Shown: piece by piece, positions 1 to 10,559 of the stretch | How positions within the stretch are numbered: position 1 is the first letter of the stretch | Layout: every line of letters begins with the position of its first letter | Virus record (IMG/VR): IMGVR_UViG_3300020183_000011 | Reading direction: 5' to 3' (one strand) | Origin: a virus | Length of the DNA: 64,000 bases | Notes under the pieces: model-generated | What the model saw: the letters and a program-made list of their open reading frames with translations, nothing else | The model's database searches: none | What the model was told of the DNA's origin: nothing | Translations under genes and position numbers: made by a program

Positions 1-1
1 A

Positions 2-232
2 TTTGATAGGTTTGTTAACACACTATACGAACAACAACCATATGAAGTTAAGATCATCGAAGACTTATCAGAGTTCAACGAAGGTACCATTGATTCTGAG
101 ATTAATTTGGAAGATACTGTTAGCATTCTTGGTAATTACATTGATTCCATCCAAACGGAAGGAGATAAAGAAGCTATTAAATCTTTCGTAAAATCCCTAT
201 ATATTGAAGCAATTAACCAGGAGGTTGTTTGA
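2..232 (+). CDS. 47: Recombination endonuclease subunit gp47 (Mre11/SbcD-like), C-terminal fragment
   Basis: Frame 2 reads FDRFVNTLYEQQPYEVKIIEDLSEF...LEDTVSILGNYIDSI...SLYIEAINQEVV*; stop overlaps the gp46 start; T4 47-46 synteny. Confidence 0.85.
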   Translation, partial: FDRFVNTLYEQQPYEVKIIEDLSEFNEGTIDSEINLEDTVSILGNYIDSIQTEGDKEAIKSFVKSLYIEAINQEVV

Positions 233-1947
233 TTATATTCAAGTCTGTCAGTTGGAAAAACTTTTTATCAACTGGTAATGTCCCAAATAAAGTCGAACTA
301 AATGGTCACTCAACAACCTTAATCGTTGGGAAAAACGGTGAAGGTAAGTCTACTATCCTTGATGCACTTACCTTCTCACTGTTCAATAAACCATTTAGAG
401 ACGTCAACAAGAATCAACTAGTAAACTCTATCAACCAAAAGAACTGTGTGGTTGAGATTGAGTTTGATATTGGTCCCACTAAGTACCGTGTGGTGCGAGG
501 GATCAAACCAAATATCTTTGAGATATATCAAAACGGCACCATCATCAATCAAGACGCGGCTGTAAAAGATTATCAAAAAGTGCTCGAACAGCAGATCCTA
601 AAACTTAATTATAAAACGTTTACCCAAGTCGTGATATTAGGGTCTGCTTCCTTTGTACCGTTCATGCAGTTACCTGTGTGGCAACGTCGTGAAGTCATTG
701 AAGATATCCTTGACATCAAAGTATTCTCTACTATGAATATTATACTTAAAGAAAAGATGGTAGAAAACAAAGAGGAACTAACTTCTGTTGAGACAGAGAT
801 ACGTATCATCACTGAACAAGCTAAAGCTCAAAAGAGTTTGATCGATTCTCTACAACACTCTAAAGATCAAAACGTTAAAGTCTTAAGAGATAAAATCGGT
901 ACTAACATCTTAGAGATAAATGATAAGACACATCTTGTAAATCTACTCAATAAAGACATTGAAGAGTTGAACACTAAGTTAATAGATAAGCTTGATGTAG
1001 ATAAAAATATCGACACATGTAAATCAAACATGAATAAGTTATCACAGAAGCTTGCACAAGTTGATGAACACATCGAGTTCTTTACCAGTAATGAGACGTG
1101 TCCATCGTGTGAGCAAGGCATCCAACACGAACATAAAGATAAGATCATCGGTAAGATAACTGAAAGTAAACAGCAGATCACTAATAATATGGATACACTT
1201 AATTCTGCTTATGCTAAGTTGAGCATTGACTTACAAGAGAAGCAAGGCATACTTAATCAAATACAAGATAAGAACATCTTAATCTCAACAGAGATCAACG
1301 CGATGAACATGCTTATGAAAGCAAACAATCAGCTTGAAAAAGAGATCACTGAGTTATCTGTACAAGGCGATATCGATGTAGAGAAAGATAAGATCAAAAC
1401 ACTAGCTAATGAAGCTCTACAAAAGAATGAAGTAAAGATGACTCTTGTTAAAGAAAAACAATTGCAAGAGATAGCAAGCGTATTACTTAAGGACACTGGT
1501 ATCAAGACCACGATCATTCGTGAATACTTACCAGCTATGAACAAGTTGATTAACATGTACCTCTCAGCAATGGACTTCTTTGTTAAGTTCGAGCTCGACG
1601 AATCTTTTAATGAAACAATTAAATCTAGATTTAGAGATGAGTTCACGTATGCCTCGTTCTCAGAAGGAGAAAAGATGCGTATCGACTTGGCAATCCTATT
1701 TACTTGGCGCCAGATAGCTAAGATGAAAAACTCAGTCAACACCAACCTATTATTACTAGACGAGATATTCGACTCTAGTCTTGATGTGGCGGGTACTGAC
1801 TATTTCCTATCAGTGATGGATACACTTGGAGAAAACACCAATGTGTTCGTCATATCCCATAAAGGCGATGTGCTCCTTGATAAGTTTAAGAACAACATCC
1901 GCTTTGAAAAGACAAACGACTTCTCCACCGTAGTAACAAATTCTTAA
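229..1947 (+). CDS. 46: Recombination ATPase gp46 (Rad50/SbcC-like)
   Basis: Walker A GKNGEGKS, CPSC zinc hook in a coiled coil, FSEGEKMRIDLA signature, LLLLDE Walker B. Confidence 0.97.
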   Translation: MIIFKSVSWKNFLSTGNVPNKVELNGHSTTLIVGKNGEGKSTILDALTFSLFNKPFRDVNKNQLVNSINQKNCVVEIEFDIGPTKYRVVRGIKPNIFEIYQNGTIINQDAAVKDYQKVLEQQILKLNYKTFTQVVILGSASFVPFMQLPVWQRREVIEDILDIKVFSTMNIILKEKMVENKEELTSVETEIRIITEQAKAQKSLIDSLQHSKDQNVKVLRDKIGTNILEINDKTHLVNLLNKDIEELNTKLIDKLDVDKNIDTCKSNMNKLSQKLAQVDEHIEFFTSNETCPSCEQGIQHEHKDKIIGKITESKQQITNNMDTLNSAYAKLSIDLQEKQGILNQIQDKNILISTEINAMNMLMKANNQLEKEITELSVQGDIDVEKDKIKTLANEALQKNEVKMTLVKEKQLQEIASVLLKDTGIKTTIIREYLPAMNKLINMYLSAMDFFVKFELDESFNETIKSRFRDEFTYASFSEGEKMRIDLAILFTWRQIAKMKNSVNTNLLLLDEIFDSSLDVAGTDYFLSVMDTLGENTNVFVISHKGDVLLDKFKNNIRFEKTNDFSTVVTNS

Positions 1948-2044
1948 GTTATTGATTTATATAGCATAGTCACCCAGCAGCGCCCAGGACAGCGATCTTT
2001 TTTCCTAGATAGGCAAATATACCCTAATTGGGGCCAGGGGCCCA

Positions 2045-2073
2045 TGTACATTAATCCGATATTAGGGTATAAT
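2045..2073 (+). promoter_or_regulatory. Sigma70-like early promoter TGTACA-N17-TATAAT
   Basis: Same motif recurs at 2320, 4504, 10408, 10704, 17620, 22664 and 48687; TGTACT variants at 13101, 25320 and 47809. Confidence 0.85.
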
Positions 2074-2096
2074 GTTATTTCAACTAGGAGAGATAT

Positions 2097-2279
2097 ATGA
2101 CAACACAAATCACTTATTACTTACAATTTTCACCATCACAAAATCGACTTATCATTGACACCAAACTTGCCAATGACTGTGAGCTCAAAGAATCTACTCT
2201 AGCATCATCTTGGATCCAAGCAAAATACAACTTTGGCTATCCTTTAACTAACTACCAAGAATATCTTCTAGATCAATAA
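2097..2279 (+). CDS. Hypothetical early protein
   Basis: ORF with AGGAG SD downstream of a promoter. Confidence 0.65.
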   Translation: MTTQITYYLQFSPSQNRLIIDTKLANDCELKESTLASSWIQAKYNFGYPLTNYQEYLLDQ

Positions 2280-2296
2280 CTTACATAATTATTTAA

Positions 2297-2348
2297 TAAA
2301 ATCAATAACTTAGGGCCTATGTACATTAAATAGCCTTTTTGATATAAT
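2297..2348 (+). promoter_or_regulatory. Early promoter with upstream IHF-consensus site; 35-bp segment identical to 4481-4515
   Basis: AATCAATAACTTA (2300-2312) matches WATCAANNNNTTR; TGTACA at 2320, TATAAT at 2343. Confidence 0.8.
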
Positions 2349-2370
2349 GGTTATATAAATCGGAGAGATT

Positions 2371-4467
2371 ATGACAAAAATTGACTTAGTAGCAAAATTA
2401 TTAGCAAATGAAAACCTAACTGTGGTACAAGCTCCAGTTAGTACTGCTTCGTTTGACATCGTAAACCGTACACTAAGACTTCCTCAGTGGAAGGACATGA
2501 CACAAGACTTACTCGACATGTTAGTAGGTCACGAAGTTGGTCATGCTTTATATACTACTGAGGAAGCATACGTAACAAACAACCCTTATAAAAACACACC
2601 ACACTTCTCAGGTTACATGAATGTGCTTGAGGACGTTCGTATTGAAAAACTTATGAAGCGCAGATATCCTGGTCTTCGTAAGTCATTCAACTTAGGTTAC
2701 AAAGAACTTAACGATCGCGACTTCTTTGGTGTAGCTAATGGTTTCAAAGACATGTTGTTGATCGATAAGATCAACCTATATTTCAAAGCTGGTTACTCAT
2801 GCGGAGTAACGTTTGACGAAGTAGAGAAAGCTTACGTAAGACGTGCTGAAGAGACTGAAACATGTGATGATGTCATCAATCTAGCTAAAGAGATTTATGA
2901 CTATTCTAAGCAAGCTATGGAAGACAAGATCGAAGAGATGAAATCTCAATCAGATCAACACGACGAGTTTGATGACGAAGAGAACGAAGAGCAAGATAAC
3001 ACACAACAGTTCGAAGCTGATGAGACTGAAGACTTAGAAGAGACTGAAGAGCAAAGTCAACCATCACCATCAACTAAGCAAGATCCATTAAAAGATCTTG
3101 AAGACAGCCTCGAAGATATGCTTGAATCGCAAACAGAAAAGTCACTTAAGAATAAGATCGATGAGCTTGCTGATACATCAGTTAGGTATGAGTACATTAC
3201 AATCCCTAAATTTAAAATAAATCCTTTGGTAACTTATAACGAAGTGTTCAAGCAACATTCTGAGTATCAAGATGAGCTTAATAACCATAAGCTTATTACT
3301 CAAGACGATATCGAACGCGCTGAGAAGTTCAAAGCTGGTTCAAAAAATATCGTTAACTATCTTATAAAAGAATTTGAGATGCGTAAGTCAGCACAAAACT
3401 ATAAGCGTGCTAAGATCGCTAAGACAGGTTCATTAGACGGTAAAAAGCTTTATGCATATAAACTCAACGATGACATCTTCAAACAAGTCATGACTATCCC
3501 TAACGGTAAGAACCATGGTATGATATTCTTATTGGATTGGTCAGCTTCTATGGACGGTGTATTACGTCCTACATTAGAACAAGTCATCTCATTAGCAATG
3601 TTTTGTCGCGGTGCTCAGATCCCATTCCAAGTATTTGCATTCACTAATGGATGGGATGATCGTCGCTATAGAAACGATGATGGCAGTCGTAAACAACTAT
3701 ACAGCGATAAAGAAGTAGATACGTATGGTCTTGTGATGATGGAGTTATTCTCATCTAAGATGTCTCAATCAGAATTCAACAAGATGATAACTATCACATT
3801 ATCAAGATACTTTAACAATATTGGTAACTTCAAGACATCTGGTACACCACTCAACTCAGCGTTAGCATGGTTATACAACTACATCCCTGAATTTAAGAAT
3901 AAGAACGGCATAGAAAAAACGACACTCATCACGCTGACTGATGGCGAAGGTGAACGTATAAGAACAGGCTATGACATAGTCAGTTCACGCAGGACATTCG
4001 TTGATAACAAAGATTATGTGACTACTAAACCATTCATATCTGATACAGTGACTCATAAACATTATCCTATGAATGACAGCGCAGAGCAAACTAAGTCACT
4101 ACTACAGATGATCAAAGATAGATACGCTATCACTACTGTAGGATTTTACATCACTCGTCCTTCATATAGATCATTAGTGATGGCTATGTCTACACATTAT
4201 GGTTATACTTCACAAGCTAGTTATTATTCAGCTATTGAGACCATGAAGCGAGACATGAGACGTAACGGCTTTACGACCCTTAAGGATACAGGTCGTGACG
4301 AGCTCTTCATAGTGGCTGAATCCAAGACTAAGATTGAAGAGGATAAAGAGCTTAATATAGGTACCAAGGAGAGTGCTGCCAGGATCGCCCGGGAGCTTAC
4401 CAAAGTACTCTCAAATAAGAAGACCAGTCGTATATTACTTAATCAATTCATAGGCTTGGTAGCTTAA
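2371..4467 (+). CDS. Metallopeptidase-like/vWA-domain protein (CobT-like partner of a MoxR AAA ATPase)
   Basis: N-terminal HEVGH and NVLEDVRIE; acidic linker; vWA MIDAS motifs DWSAS, GTPL and TDGE. Confidence 0.85.
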   Translation: MTKIDLVAKLLANENLTVVQAPVSTASFDIVNRTLRLPQWKDMTQDLLDMLVGHEVGHALYTTEEAYVTNNPYKNTPHFSGYMNVLEDVRIEKLMKRRYPGLRKSFNLGYKELNDRDFFGVANGFKDMLLIDKINLYFKAGYSCGVTFDEVEKAYVRRAEETETCDDVINLAKEIYDYSKQAMEDKIEEMKSQSDQHDEFDDEENEEQDNTQQFEADETEDLEETEEQSQPSPSTKQDPLKDLEDSLEDMLESQTEKSLKNKIDELADTSVRYEYITIPKFKINPLVTYNEVFKQHSEYQDELNNHKLITQDDIERAEKFKAGSKNIVNYLIKEFEMRKSAQNYKRAKIAKTGSLDGKKLYAYKLNDDIFKQVMTIPNGKNHGMIFLLDWSASMDGVLRPTLEQVISLAMFCRGAQIPFQVFAFTNGWDDRRYRNDDGSRKQLYSDKEVDTYGLVMMELFSSKMSQSEFNKMITITLSRYFNNIGNFKTSGTPLNSALAWLYNYIPEFKNKNGIEKTTLITLTDGEGERIRTGYDIVSSRRTFVDNKDYVTTKPFISDTVTHKHYPMNDSAEQTKSLLQMIKDRYAITTVGFYITRPSYRSLVMAMSTHYGYTSQASYYSAIETMKRDMRRNGFTTLKDTGRDELFIVAESKTKIEEDKELNIGTKESAARIARELTKVLSNKKTSRILLNQFIGLVA

Positions 4468-4480
4468 TGAATATATCCAT

Positions 4481-4532
4481 TAAAATCAATAACTTAGGGC
4501 CTATGTACATTAAATCATATTTAGGGTATAAT
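4481..4532 (+). promoter_or_regulatory. Early promoter with IHF-consensus site (second copy of the 35-bp repeat)
   Basis: TAAAATCAATAACTTAGGGCCTATGTACATTAAAT identical to 2297-2331; TATAAT at 4527. Confidence 0.8.
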
Positions 4533-4564
4533 GGTTTTATATTAAATAAGGAGAGAACTATATT

Positions 4565-5800
4565 ATGAGATATAAAAGTGAACAAAAGCTTGAACTCCAA
4601 GCAAAGCTATTCGAGACTTATCCAGCCCTGGCTAAAAAGCCTGAGATCAGTAAGACGGATCTGATGGCAGTGGTAAATTCATTAGGTTATGATACCATGC
4701 CTTGGTTCATGATCGCTGGTCAAGTATCACGTGGTGTTTATAACGTGAAGGTGCCTACACACATTCCAAAACCTGTGCTTAAAGTGGTAAATACTCCAGT
4801 ACAAATCAAAAGCGAAGCTATCGTAAACTTCGAAAAGCCTGAGACATTGATCCCAGCCAAAGATCCTAACTATGTACCTTTCGGCAACTATACGGATCTT
4901 GAGACCATCATCAAAGCTGGTCTATTCTATCCAGCCTACATCGCTGGTCCTACTGGTAACGGTAAGTCAACCATGATCGAGCAGATCTGTGCTAAGTTCA
5001 AAAAGCCACTCATCCGTGTTAATCTTAACATGATGTCTGACGAAGAGCAACTCATCGGTGCTAAGACACTCGTTGATGGTAACGTACAAATCGTCGAGGG
5101 TCCAGTGCTCGTAGCTATGCGTAATGGTTACACACTACTACTTGACGAGATCGATGCTGGTTCAGCTAACACACTATTGTGTTTACAACCTATACTCGAA
5201 GGCAAGCCTTATTACTTCAAGCTTAAGAACGAGGTAATCGTTCCAGCTGGTGGTTTCAATATCATTGCTACAGCTAACACAAAGGGTAAAGGTTCAGACG
5301 ATGGTCGATACATCGGTACAAACGTACTTAACGAAGCATTCTTAGAGCGTTTCGCAGTGACATTCGAACAAGAGTATCCTAACGCAGCGACCGAAATGAA
5401 GATCGTTAAGAACCTCATGAAGCACTATAACTGTGAGGACCAAGACTTTGCAGACACCCTTATTAAATGGGCTGATGCAATCCGTCGTACGTTCGAAGAC
5501 GGAGGTGTAGACGAGACCATTACAACACGTCGTATGACTCACATCGTACGTGCGTTCAGCATCTTCAAAAAGAAGGACAAAGCTATCCAGTTATGTTGTA
5601 ACCGTTTTGATCCACAAACCAAAGCTGCATTCATGGATGTGTTCGATAAGATCTCGAACCCTCCACCAGAAGTAGTTAACTTAGGTGATGAACCAGTTAT
5701 AAGTGATGCTGCAGCCTACACTATCAGCGATGCTTATAATGCTGCGACAGCTGGTCAAACGGTAACACCAACTATACCGAATGGATCCAATGCAATTTAA
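4565..5800 (+). CDS. MoxR/CobS-like AAA+ ATPase
   Basis: GPTGNGKS, LLLDEID, ATANTKG, NEAFLERF. Confidence 0.9.
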   Translation: MRYKSEQKLELQAKLFETYPALAKKPEISKTDLMAVVNSLGYDTMPWFMIAGQVSRGVYNVKVPTHIPKPVLKVVNTPVQIKSEAIVNFEKPETLIPAKDPNYVPFGNYTDLETIIKAGLFYPAYIAGPTGNGKSTMIEQICAKFKKPLIRVNLNMMSDEEQLIGAKTLVDGNVQIVEGPVLVAMRNGYTLLLDEIDAGSANTLLCLQPILEGKPYYFKLKNEVIVPAGGFNIIATANTKGKGSDDGRYIGTNVLNEAFLERFAVTFEQEYPNAATEMKIVKNLMKHYNCEDQDFADTLIKWADAIRRTFEDGGVDETITTRRMTHIVRAFSIFKKKDKAIQLCCNRFDPQTKAAFMDVFDKISNPPPEVVNLGDEPVISDAAAYTISDAYNAATAGQTVTPTIPNGSNAI

Positions 5801-6125
5801 GGAACTGAAGCCAACACAGAAAATGTACGTGATCGAGGTGATGAATCGCTTCGATCATGATGCAGACGAGATTGAATTAATTGAGATGCAAGATTACCAT
5901 AAGATCATGCTTAGTAAACGTGACTCAGGATGTCCTAAGTTAGGTTATCCTAATTGGTTAATCGTATCAGAAAACAAAGTAGCAAAAGGTGTTTACAAAT
6001 TTCCGAGGCCCACTGACTCGGAATTGCAGGACTATCACAGTGGAAAAGTAGAAGCGGTGATTGACCTAACAAGGTTCTCACCATTATTAAATAACGTGAT
6101 CAAGGAGTACGGTCTAAAGCCGTAA
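5781..6125 (+). CDS. Hypothetical protein
   Basis: ORF overlapping the end of the ATPase gene. Confidence 0.6.
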   Translation: MDPMQFKELKPTQKMYVIEVMNRFDHDADEIELIEMQDYHKIMLSKRDSGCPKLGYPNWLIVSENKVAKGVYKFPRPTDSELQDYHSGKVEAVIDLTRFSPLLNNVIKEYGLKP

Positions 6126-6254
6126 TATATTATGAACTTAAAAAAATTATTTAACTTTAATTCAAAAACAGGGTATAATAGCTTAGTATTTGGTGAGATA
6201 AGCGACAATCTTATCAAAAATTCCCATAAAGTCGCGATTTCAAGGAGTAATAGT

Positions 6255-6506
6255 ATGTCAGCAACAAAATCATTAATCACTTACCTTCAAGCAGGTAAAA
6301 CTGTAACAGCTAAGCAAATCACAGCTCGTTTCGGTCTTGCTAATCCGCATGAAGCAGTTCGTCAATTACGTATGAAGGGTTATGCAGTTTATGCTAACAA
6401 TTCAAAATTATGGAATGGCGAAACAACCACACGTTACAGACTTGGTAAACCAAGCCGTGAGATGGTGGCTGCAGCTTATCAAATCTTAGGTGGTTCAGCA
6501 TTCTAA
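6255..6506 (+). CDS. Small winged-HTH DNA-binding protein
   Basis: AAGGAG SD before ATG 6255 (shorter than the track ORF); VTAKQITARFGLANPHEAVRQLRMKGY. Confidence 0.7.
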   Translation: MSATKSLITYLQAGKTVTAKQITARFGLANPHEAVRQLRMKGYAVYANNSKLWNGETTTRYRLGKPSREMVAAAYQILGGSAF

Positions 6507-6532
6507 GATTGGTATCTCTAGTAAGTCAATTC

Positions 6533-6558
6533 GAGGAGGCGCAATGCCTCCTCTCTTT
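6533..6558 (+). terminator. Intrinsic terminator-like hairpin
   Basis: GAGGAGGC-GCAAT-GCCTCCTC followed by TCTTT. Confidence 0.65.
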
Positions 6559-6596
6559 AGTATTCTCAAACGAGAGTCTTAAACAGAGGAGACAGT

Positions 6597-6929
6597 ATGA
6601 GAAAAGACGAGCTAAAGATTTCACAAAGCAAAGATCACAAAGGTGGTCGTAAATTTGATGGAGGTAAACTACAATATGGTTTATTGCCTCCACTTGCTTT
6701 ACGTGAGACGGTTAGAGTATTGACATTTGGTGCAGAAAAATATGAGCCTGATAATTGGCGTAGAGTTCCAGACGGTCCTCGTAGATACTTTGATGCAGCA
6801 CAGCGTCATCTATGGGCATACAAAGAAGGCGAGATAAGTGATCCAGAGACTGGTATTAATCACTTAGCACATGCATTATGTTGTATTATGTTTATGTTAG
6901 ATCTTGATGAAAGTGAGTATGAGCAATGA
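6597..6929 (+). CDS. dATP/dGTP diphosphohydrolase-like protein (DUF5664 family)
   Basis: GRKFDGGKLQYGLLP, FGAEKY..DNW, AAQRH, DPETGINHLAHA. Confidence 0.8.
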   Translation: MRKDELKISQSKDHKGGRKFDGGKLQYGLLPPLALRETVRVLTFGAEKYEPDNWRRVPDGPRRYFDAAQRHLWAYKEGEISDPETGINHLAHALCCIMFMLDLDESEYEQ

Positions 6930-7162
6930 GCAAAACAAGTAAAAATAAAATGAAAGCATGGCGTCGTATGGCAAAAAAATACTATGATCCAGAAAGAGGT
7001 GTATGGGTTAGAGTAGGCCGACAATTAAAGATGTTTACATCTGGTTATAAATCTCCAGTAAAAGCTATAGGTTTATTAGGAAATTTATTAAATAATATGG
7101 AAGATTCTAGTGAGATTTTAAAACGTTATAAGAAAGGGGTGAAGACAGATGAAACTAAGTAA
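6926..7162 (+). CDS. Hypothetical basic protein
   Basis: ORF translationally coupled on both sides. Confidence 0.55.
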   Translation: MSKTSKNKMKAWRRMAKKYYDPERGVWVRVGRQLKMFTSGYKSPVKAIGLLGNLLNNMEDSSEILKRYKKGVKTDETK

Positions 7163-7814
7163 AGAGACGCTCAGTATAATTAAAAACTATGCAAACATCA
7201 ACAGCAACTTATTATTTAAACCTGGAAATACCATCTCTACTATAGCTGTAGGTTCTGAGATCATGTCTACAGTAACGGTAGCTGAAACATTTCCTGAACA
7301 GTTCGGTATCTATGACGTGAACGAGCTGCTTGGTGCTCTATCATTATTCAATGATCCGAACTTAACTTTTGATGACAAGACATTGTTAATCAAAGAAGGT
7401 AATAGCTCTATTAAATGGTTCAAAGCTTCAGAAGAAGCAATCGTTGCTCCTAAGAAGGACATCGTATTTCCACAAGCAGAGATCGAGTTTAAGCTTGACT
7501 CAGCTGTACTAAATAATATCCTTAAGACTGCACCATTACTTAAAGCTACAGACGTGTCATTCGTTGGTAATGGTACAACAATATCAGTAGTAGTGTCTGA
7601 TAAAAAGAATAAGACAGCTAACTCATATCAATATGACATCTGTCCATCATCTTTAGTATTCAAAGTCAACATCAAAGTTGATAACCTTAAACTGATCAGT
7701 GGCAACTATGACGTATCGATCTCGTCTAAAAAGATCTCTCGTTTTGTGTCACAAAGTATCAATAGTTTAATTTATTATGTAGCGATTGAAGCAGATAGTA
7801 CATTTGAGATTTAA
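7149..7814 (+). CDS. 45: Sliding clamp gp45
   Basis: MKLSKETLSIIKNYANINSNL, FGIYDVNELL, YYVAIE. Confidence 0.95.
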   Translation: MKLSKETLSIIKNYANINSNLLFKPGNTISTIAVGSEIMSTVTVAETFPEQFGIYDVNELLGALSLFNDPNLTFDDKTLLIKEGNSSIKWFKASEEAIVAPKKDIVFPQAEIEFKLDSAVLNNILKTAPLLKATDVSFVGNGTTISVVVSDKKNKTANSYQYDICPSSLVFKVNIKVDNLKLISGNYDVSISSKKISRFVSQSINSLIYYVAIEADSTFEI

Positions 7815-7832
7815 TTATATCATGGAGTTATT

Positions 7833-8768
7833 ATGCAAGAATACTTATGGGTGGAGAAGTATCGTCCACAAAAGATCGACGATTGTGTCTTACCAAAGAA
7901 CTTAAAAGAAACATTTAAGCAGTTCGTCCAAACTGGTGAACTACCAAACTTCTTGTTTTGTGGTACAGCAGGTGTAGGTAAAACCACTGTAGCCAAAGCA
8001 TTATGTAACGAGATAGGTGCCGAATACCTACTCATCAACGGGTCTGAGGAATCAGGTATTGACGTACTCAGAACCAAGATCAAATCATTTGCCTCAACAG
8101 TATCTTTGACTGACTCAAAGAAAGTCATCATACTAGACGAAGCAGACTATCTAAACCCAAACTCTACACAACCAGCTCTTAGAGCTTTCATCGAAGAATT
8201 CTCTAACAACTGTCGTTTCATCTTTACGTGTAACTATAAGAACCGAATCATTGATCCTCTCCATTCAAGGTGTAGTGTGATTGATTTCAAGATCGAGAAT
8301 AATGAAAAGCAACAAATTGCTTCATCGTTCTTTAAACGAGTAATGAATATACTTACTCAAGAGAATATTGTAGCAGATCAAAAAGTTGTAGCAGAGTTAG
8401 TGACTAAACACTTTCCAGATTGGAGACGTGTACTAAATGAACTACAACGTTATTCTGTGTCTGGTAAGATCGACTCAGGCATATTATTAAATGTAACTGA
8501 AGAGTCATTCAAACAACTCATCACTAACCTCAAAGATAAAAACTACACAGAAGTTAGGAAATGGGTAGCTAAGAATGGAGATTCAGATACTATAAATATA
8601 TTTAGGCAGCTATACGACACGTCTTCTGTGAACATAGAAGCAGCGAGTATACCTCAACTAGTATTGATACTTGCCGATTATCAGTATAAGGCTGCATTCG
8701 TAGCAGATCATGAAGTAAACCTCATGGCTGCACTAACGGAGATCATGGCACAATGCAAGATGAAATAA
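7833..8768 (+). CDS. 44: Clamp loader large subunit gp44
   Basis: LWVEKYRP, GVGKTT, IILDEAD, SRC motif. Confidence 0.97.
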   Translation: MQEYLWVEKYRPQKIDDCVLPKNLKETFKQFVQTGELPNFLFCGTAGVGKTTVAKALCNEIGAEYLLINGSEESGIDVLRTKIKSFASTVSLTDSKKVIILDEADYLNPNSTQPALRAFIEEFSNNCRFIFTCNYKNRIIDPLHSRCSVIDFKIENNEKQQIASSFFKRVMNILTQENIVADQKVVAELVTKHFPDWRRVLNELQRYSVSGKIDSGILLNVTEESFKQLITNLKDKNYTEVRKWVAKNGDSDTINIFRQLYDTSSVNIEAASIPQLVLILADYQYKAAFVADHEVNLMAALTEIMAQCKMK

Positions 8769-9279
8769 TAAAAGACCAGTATGATGCAGAGGACTGGGAT
8801 AAAGCGATCTATTTAATAGAACGTGGGTTTATCAAACTAGATCATGTAGATAAACCTGACGATATCCGTGAAACCGCGATCAACATACATAACGCAAAGC
8901 TTAGGACGATCGACGAGTACATTAAAAACGGTGGAACACCGCCGTTCGAAGGGAAATAATGTTAACATTCATAGTCGGCGCATTATTAGGAGTTGCTTTA
9001 GGTTGGTACATACAAAGAGTATTAATCAACTATAAGATGAAGTTAATGCTTGATAGTATAGCAAACTCGCCAATAGAAACAAAGTTAAAAGTAGTGGATA
9101 TTGATCTAGTCAAGATCAAAGATAGGGTGTACGCGTATGATAGGAAGGATAACTCGTTCTTAGGATATGCTAACTCAAAGAATGAGATGGTAGACGACCT
9201 TCGTAAGAGATACCCAAATACATCATTCATGGCGAGGTCTTCAAACCTAAAAGAAGTAGAGTTCAATGACACCATTTGA
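8753..9279 (+). CDS. Two small hypothetical genes (8753-8959; 8959-9279 with an N-terminal TM helix) between 44 and 62
   Basis: Coupled ORFs from the track. Confidence 0.55.
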
Positions 9280-9646
9280 TTTTCTTAATGCTATAAACGA
9301 GAACAAGAAGGATCTATTTACAGACCCTCAAGCAGAGAAGGACTATAATGCCTTTATCATAAACAAAGGCCTATCATTCTTTCCAGACACAGTCTTATAT
9401 GCCAACCAGATGAACGTGATCAGGGATATTCCTAAGAAGTGGCAATTTGAGTTCCTCAAGAACTCTATCCCAAAGAAAAAGAGGTTTTCAAAATGGCATA
9501 AGAAGGAAGCCACTACAGACAGCCTTAAGCTTATCATGAACCATTACAAGTACTCTGAAAAGAAAGCTTATGAAGTATTAAATATCTTGACACCCAAGCA
9601 GTTAATAGAACTCCAACAAGCCTATGATAAGGGCGGTAGAAACTAG
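9266..9646 (+). CDS. 62: Clamp loader small subunit gp62
   Basis: PFDFLNAIN, YNAFIINKGLSFFPDT, KKRFSKW; synteny. Confidence 0.92.
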   Translation: MTPFDFLNAINENKKDLFTDPQAEKDYNAFIINKGLSFFPDTVLYANQMNVIRDIPKKWQFEFLKNSIPKKKRFSKWHKKEATTDSLKLIMNHYKYSEKKAYEVLNILTPKQLIELQQAYDKGGRN

Positions 9647-9652
9647 AAACCT

Positions 9653-9660
9653 TATAAATA
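9653..9660 (+). promoter_or_regulatory. T4-type late promoter TATAAATA
   Basis: Exact gp55 consensus; further copies at 11988, 33669, 35259, 38002, 43787, 49671, 50602 and 57973, mostly just upstream of gene starts. Confidence 0.75.
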
Positions 9661-9694
9661 TATTATGTAATTAAATAAAGAAAGTGATTTTATA

Positions 9695-10132
9695 ATGTCT
9701 ATAGCAATGGTGTATTATGATTGGACACCTGATGCAATGTTAGAAGTTGACTTGATCGAACCAGATAACTTCCTCAAAGTCAGAGAAACTCTAACCCGCA
9801 TCGGTATAGCGTCTAGAAAAGACAAGAAGCTATTCCAGTCATGCCATATACTACATAAACAAGGTAAGTACTTCATCGTACACTTTAAAGAATTGTTTGC
9901 CCTTGATGGCAAAGAATCTGATATCTCTATGTCCGATATCGAGAGACGAAATGTCATAGCTGAATTACTACAAGATTGGGGTCTGCTTAAGATTTTAGAT
10001 AAATCCAAGGCAGAACCAAAGGCTTCTCTATCTCAGATCAAAGTTGTTTCATACAAAGAAAAATCTGAGTGGGAATTAGTACCGAAATATAACATCGGCG
10101 GTATTAAACGTAACGTTACTATTAATAACTAG
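9695..10132 (+). CDS. regA: Translational repressor RegA
   Basis: FLKVRETLTRIGIAS, QSCHILHKQGKYFIVHFKELF, LVPKYNIG. Confidence 0.97.
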   Translation: MSIAMVYYDWTPDAMLEVDLIEPDNFLKVRETLTRIGIASRKDKKLFQSCHILHKQGKYFIVHFKELFALDGKESDISMSDIERRNVIAELLQDWGLLKILDKSKAEPKASLSQIKVVSYKEKSEWELVPKYNIGGIKRNVTINN

Positions 10133-10140
10133 GAGTTTTT

Positions 10141-10341
10141 ATGAGCATCAAACTTGATTTAACAATTGAAGAAATTAATACCATTCTTCGTTCTTTGGGT
10201 AAACACCCATTCGATGAGATCGTTGTATTAATCTCTAAAATTAAACAACAAGGTGAAATTCAACTTGCAGAGCAACAAAAATTAGCAGCAGAACAAGCTA
10301 CAGCTGCTGAACAAGCGCAATCAGAAACACCAGCTGAATAA
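10141..10341 (+). CDS. Hypothetical protein
   Basis: AGGAG SD; coiled-coil-like sequence. Confidence 0.6.
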   Translation: MSIKLDLTIEEINTILRSLGKHPFDEIVVLISKIKQQGEIQLAEQQKLAAEQATAAEQAQSETPAE

Positions 10342-10559
10342 TAACAGGTTTATTACTTTTTAATACTTTTAACTAGTCCTTTTTAATAAATATTGTATAA
10401 GTAATTATGTACATTAAATCAAAGTCATGATATAATGTATCTGTATGGTTGAATGATTGTACAAAGTTATATAGGCCTCAAGGTAGACCTTTATCTTATT
10501 GATATCTCTACTGACATGAGTTTATAAACGCAATATTTTATAAACAAAGGAGAACTACT

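Noticed and set aside
3-191. Track ORF of 62 aa in frame 3
   Set aside because: It shadows the real gp47 C-terminus in frame 2
2371-5800. cobT/cobS as cobalamin-synthesis AMGs
   Set aside because: This is a generic vWA plus MoxR AAA pair common in T4-like phages; no cobN or other cob genes are present
6597-6929. Evidence of a Z-genome or 7-deazaguanine genome
   Set aside because: No purZ, dpdA or que genes are in the window; DUF5664 alone is insufficient
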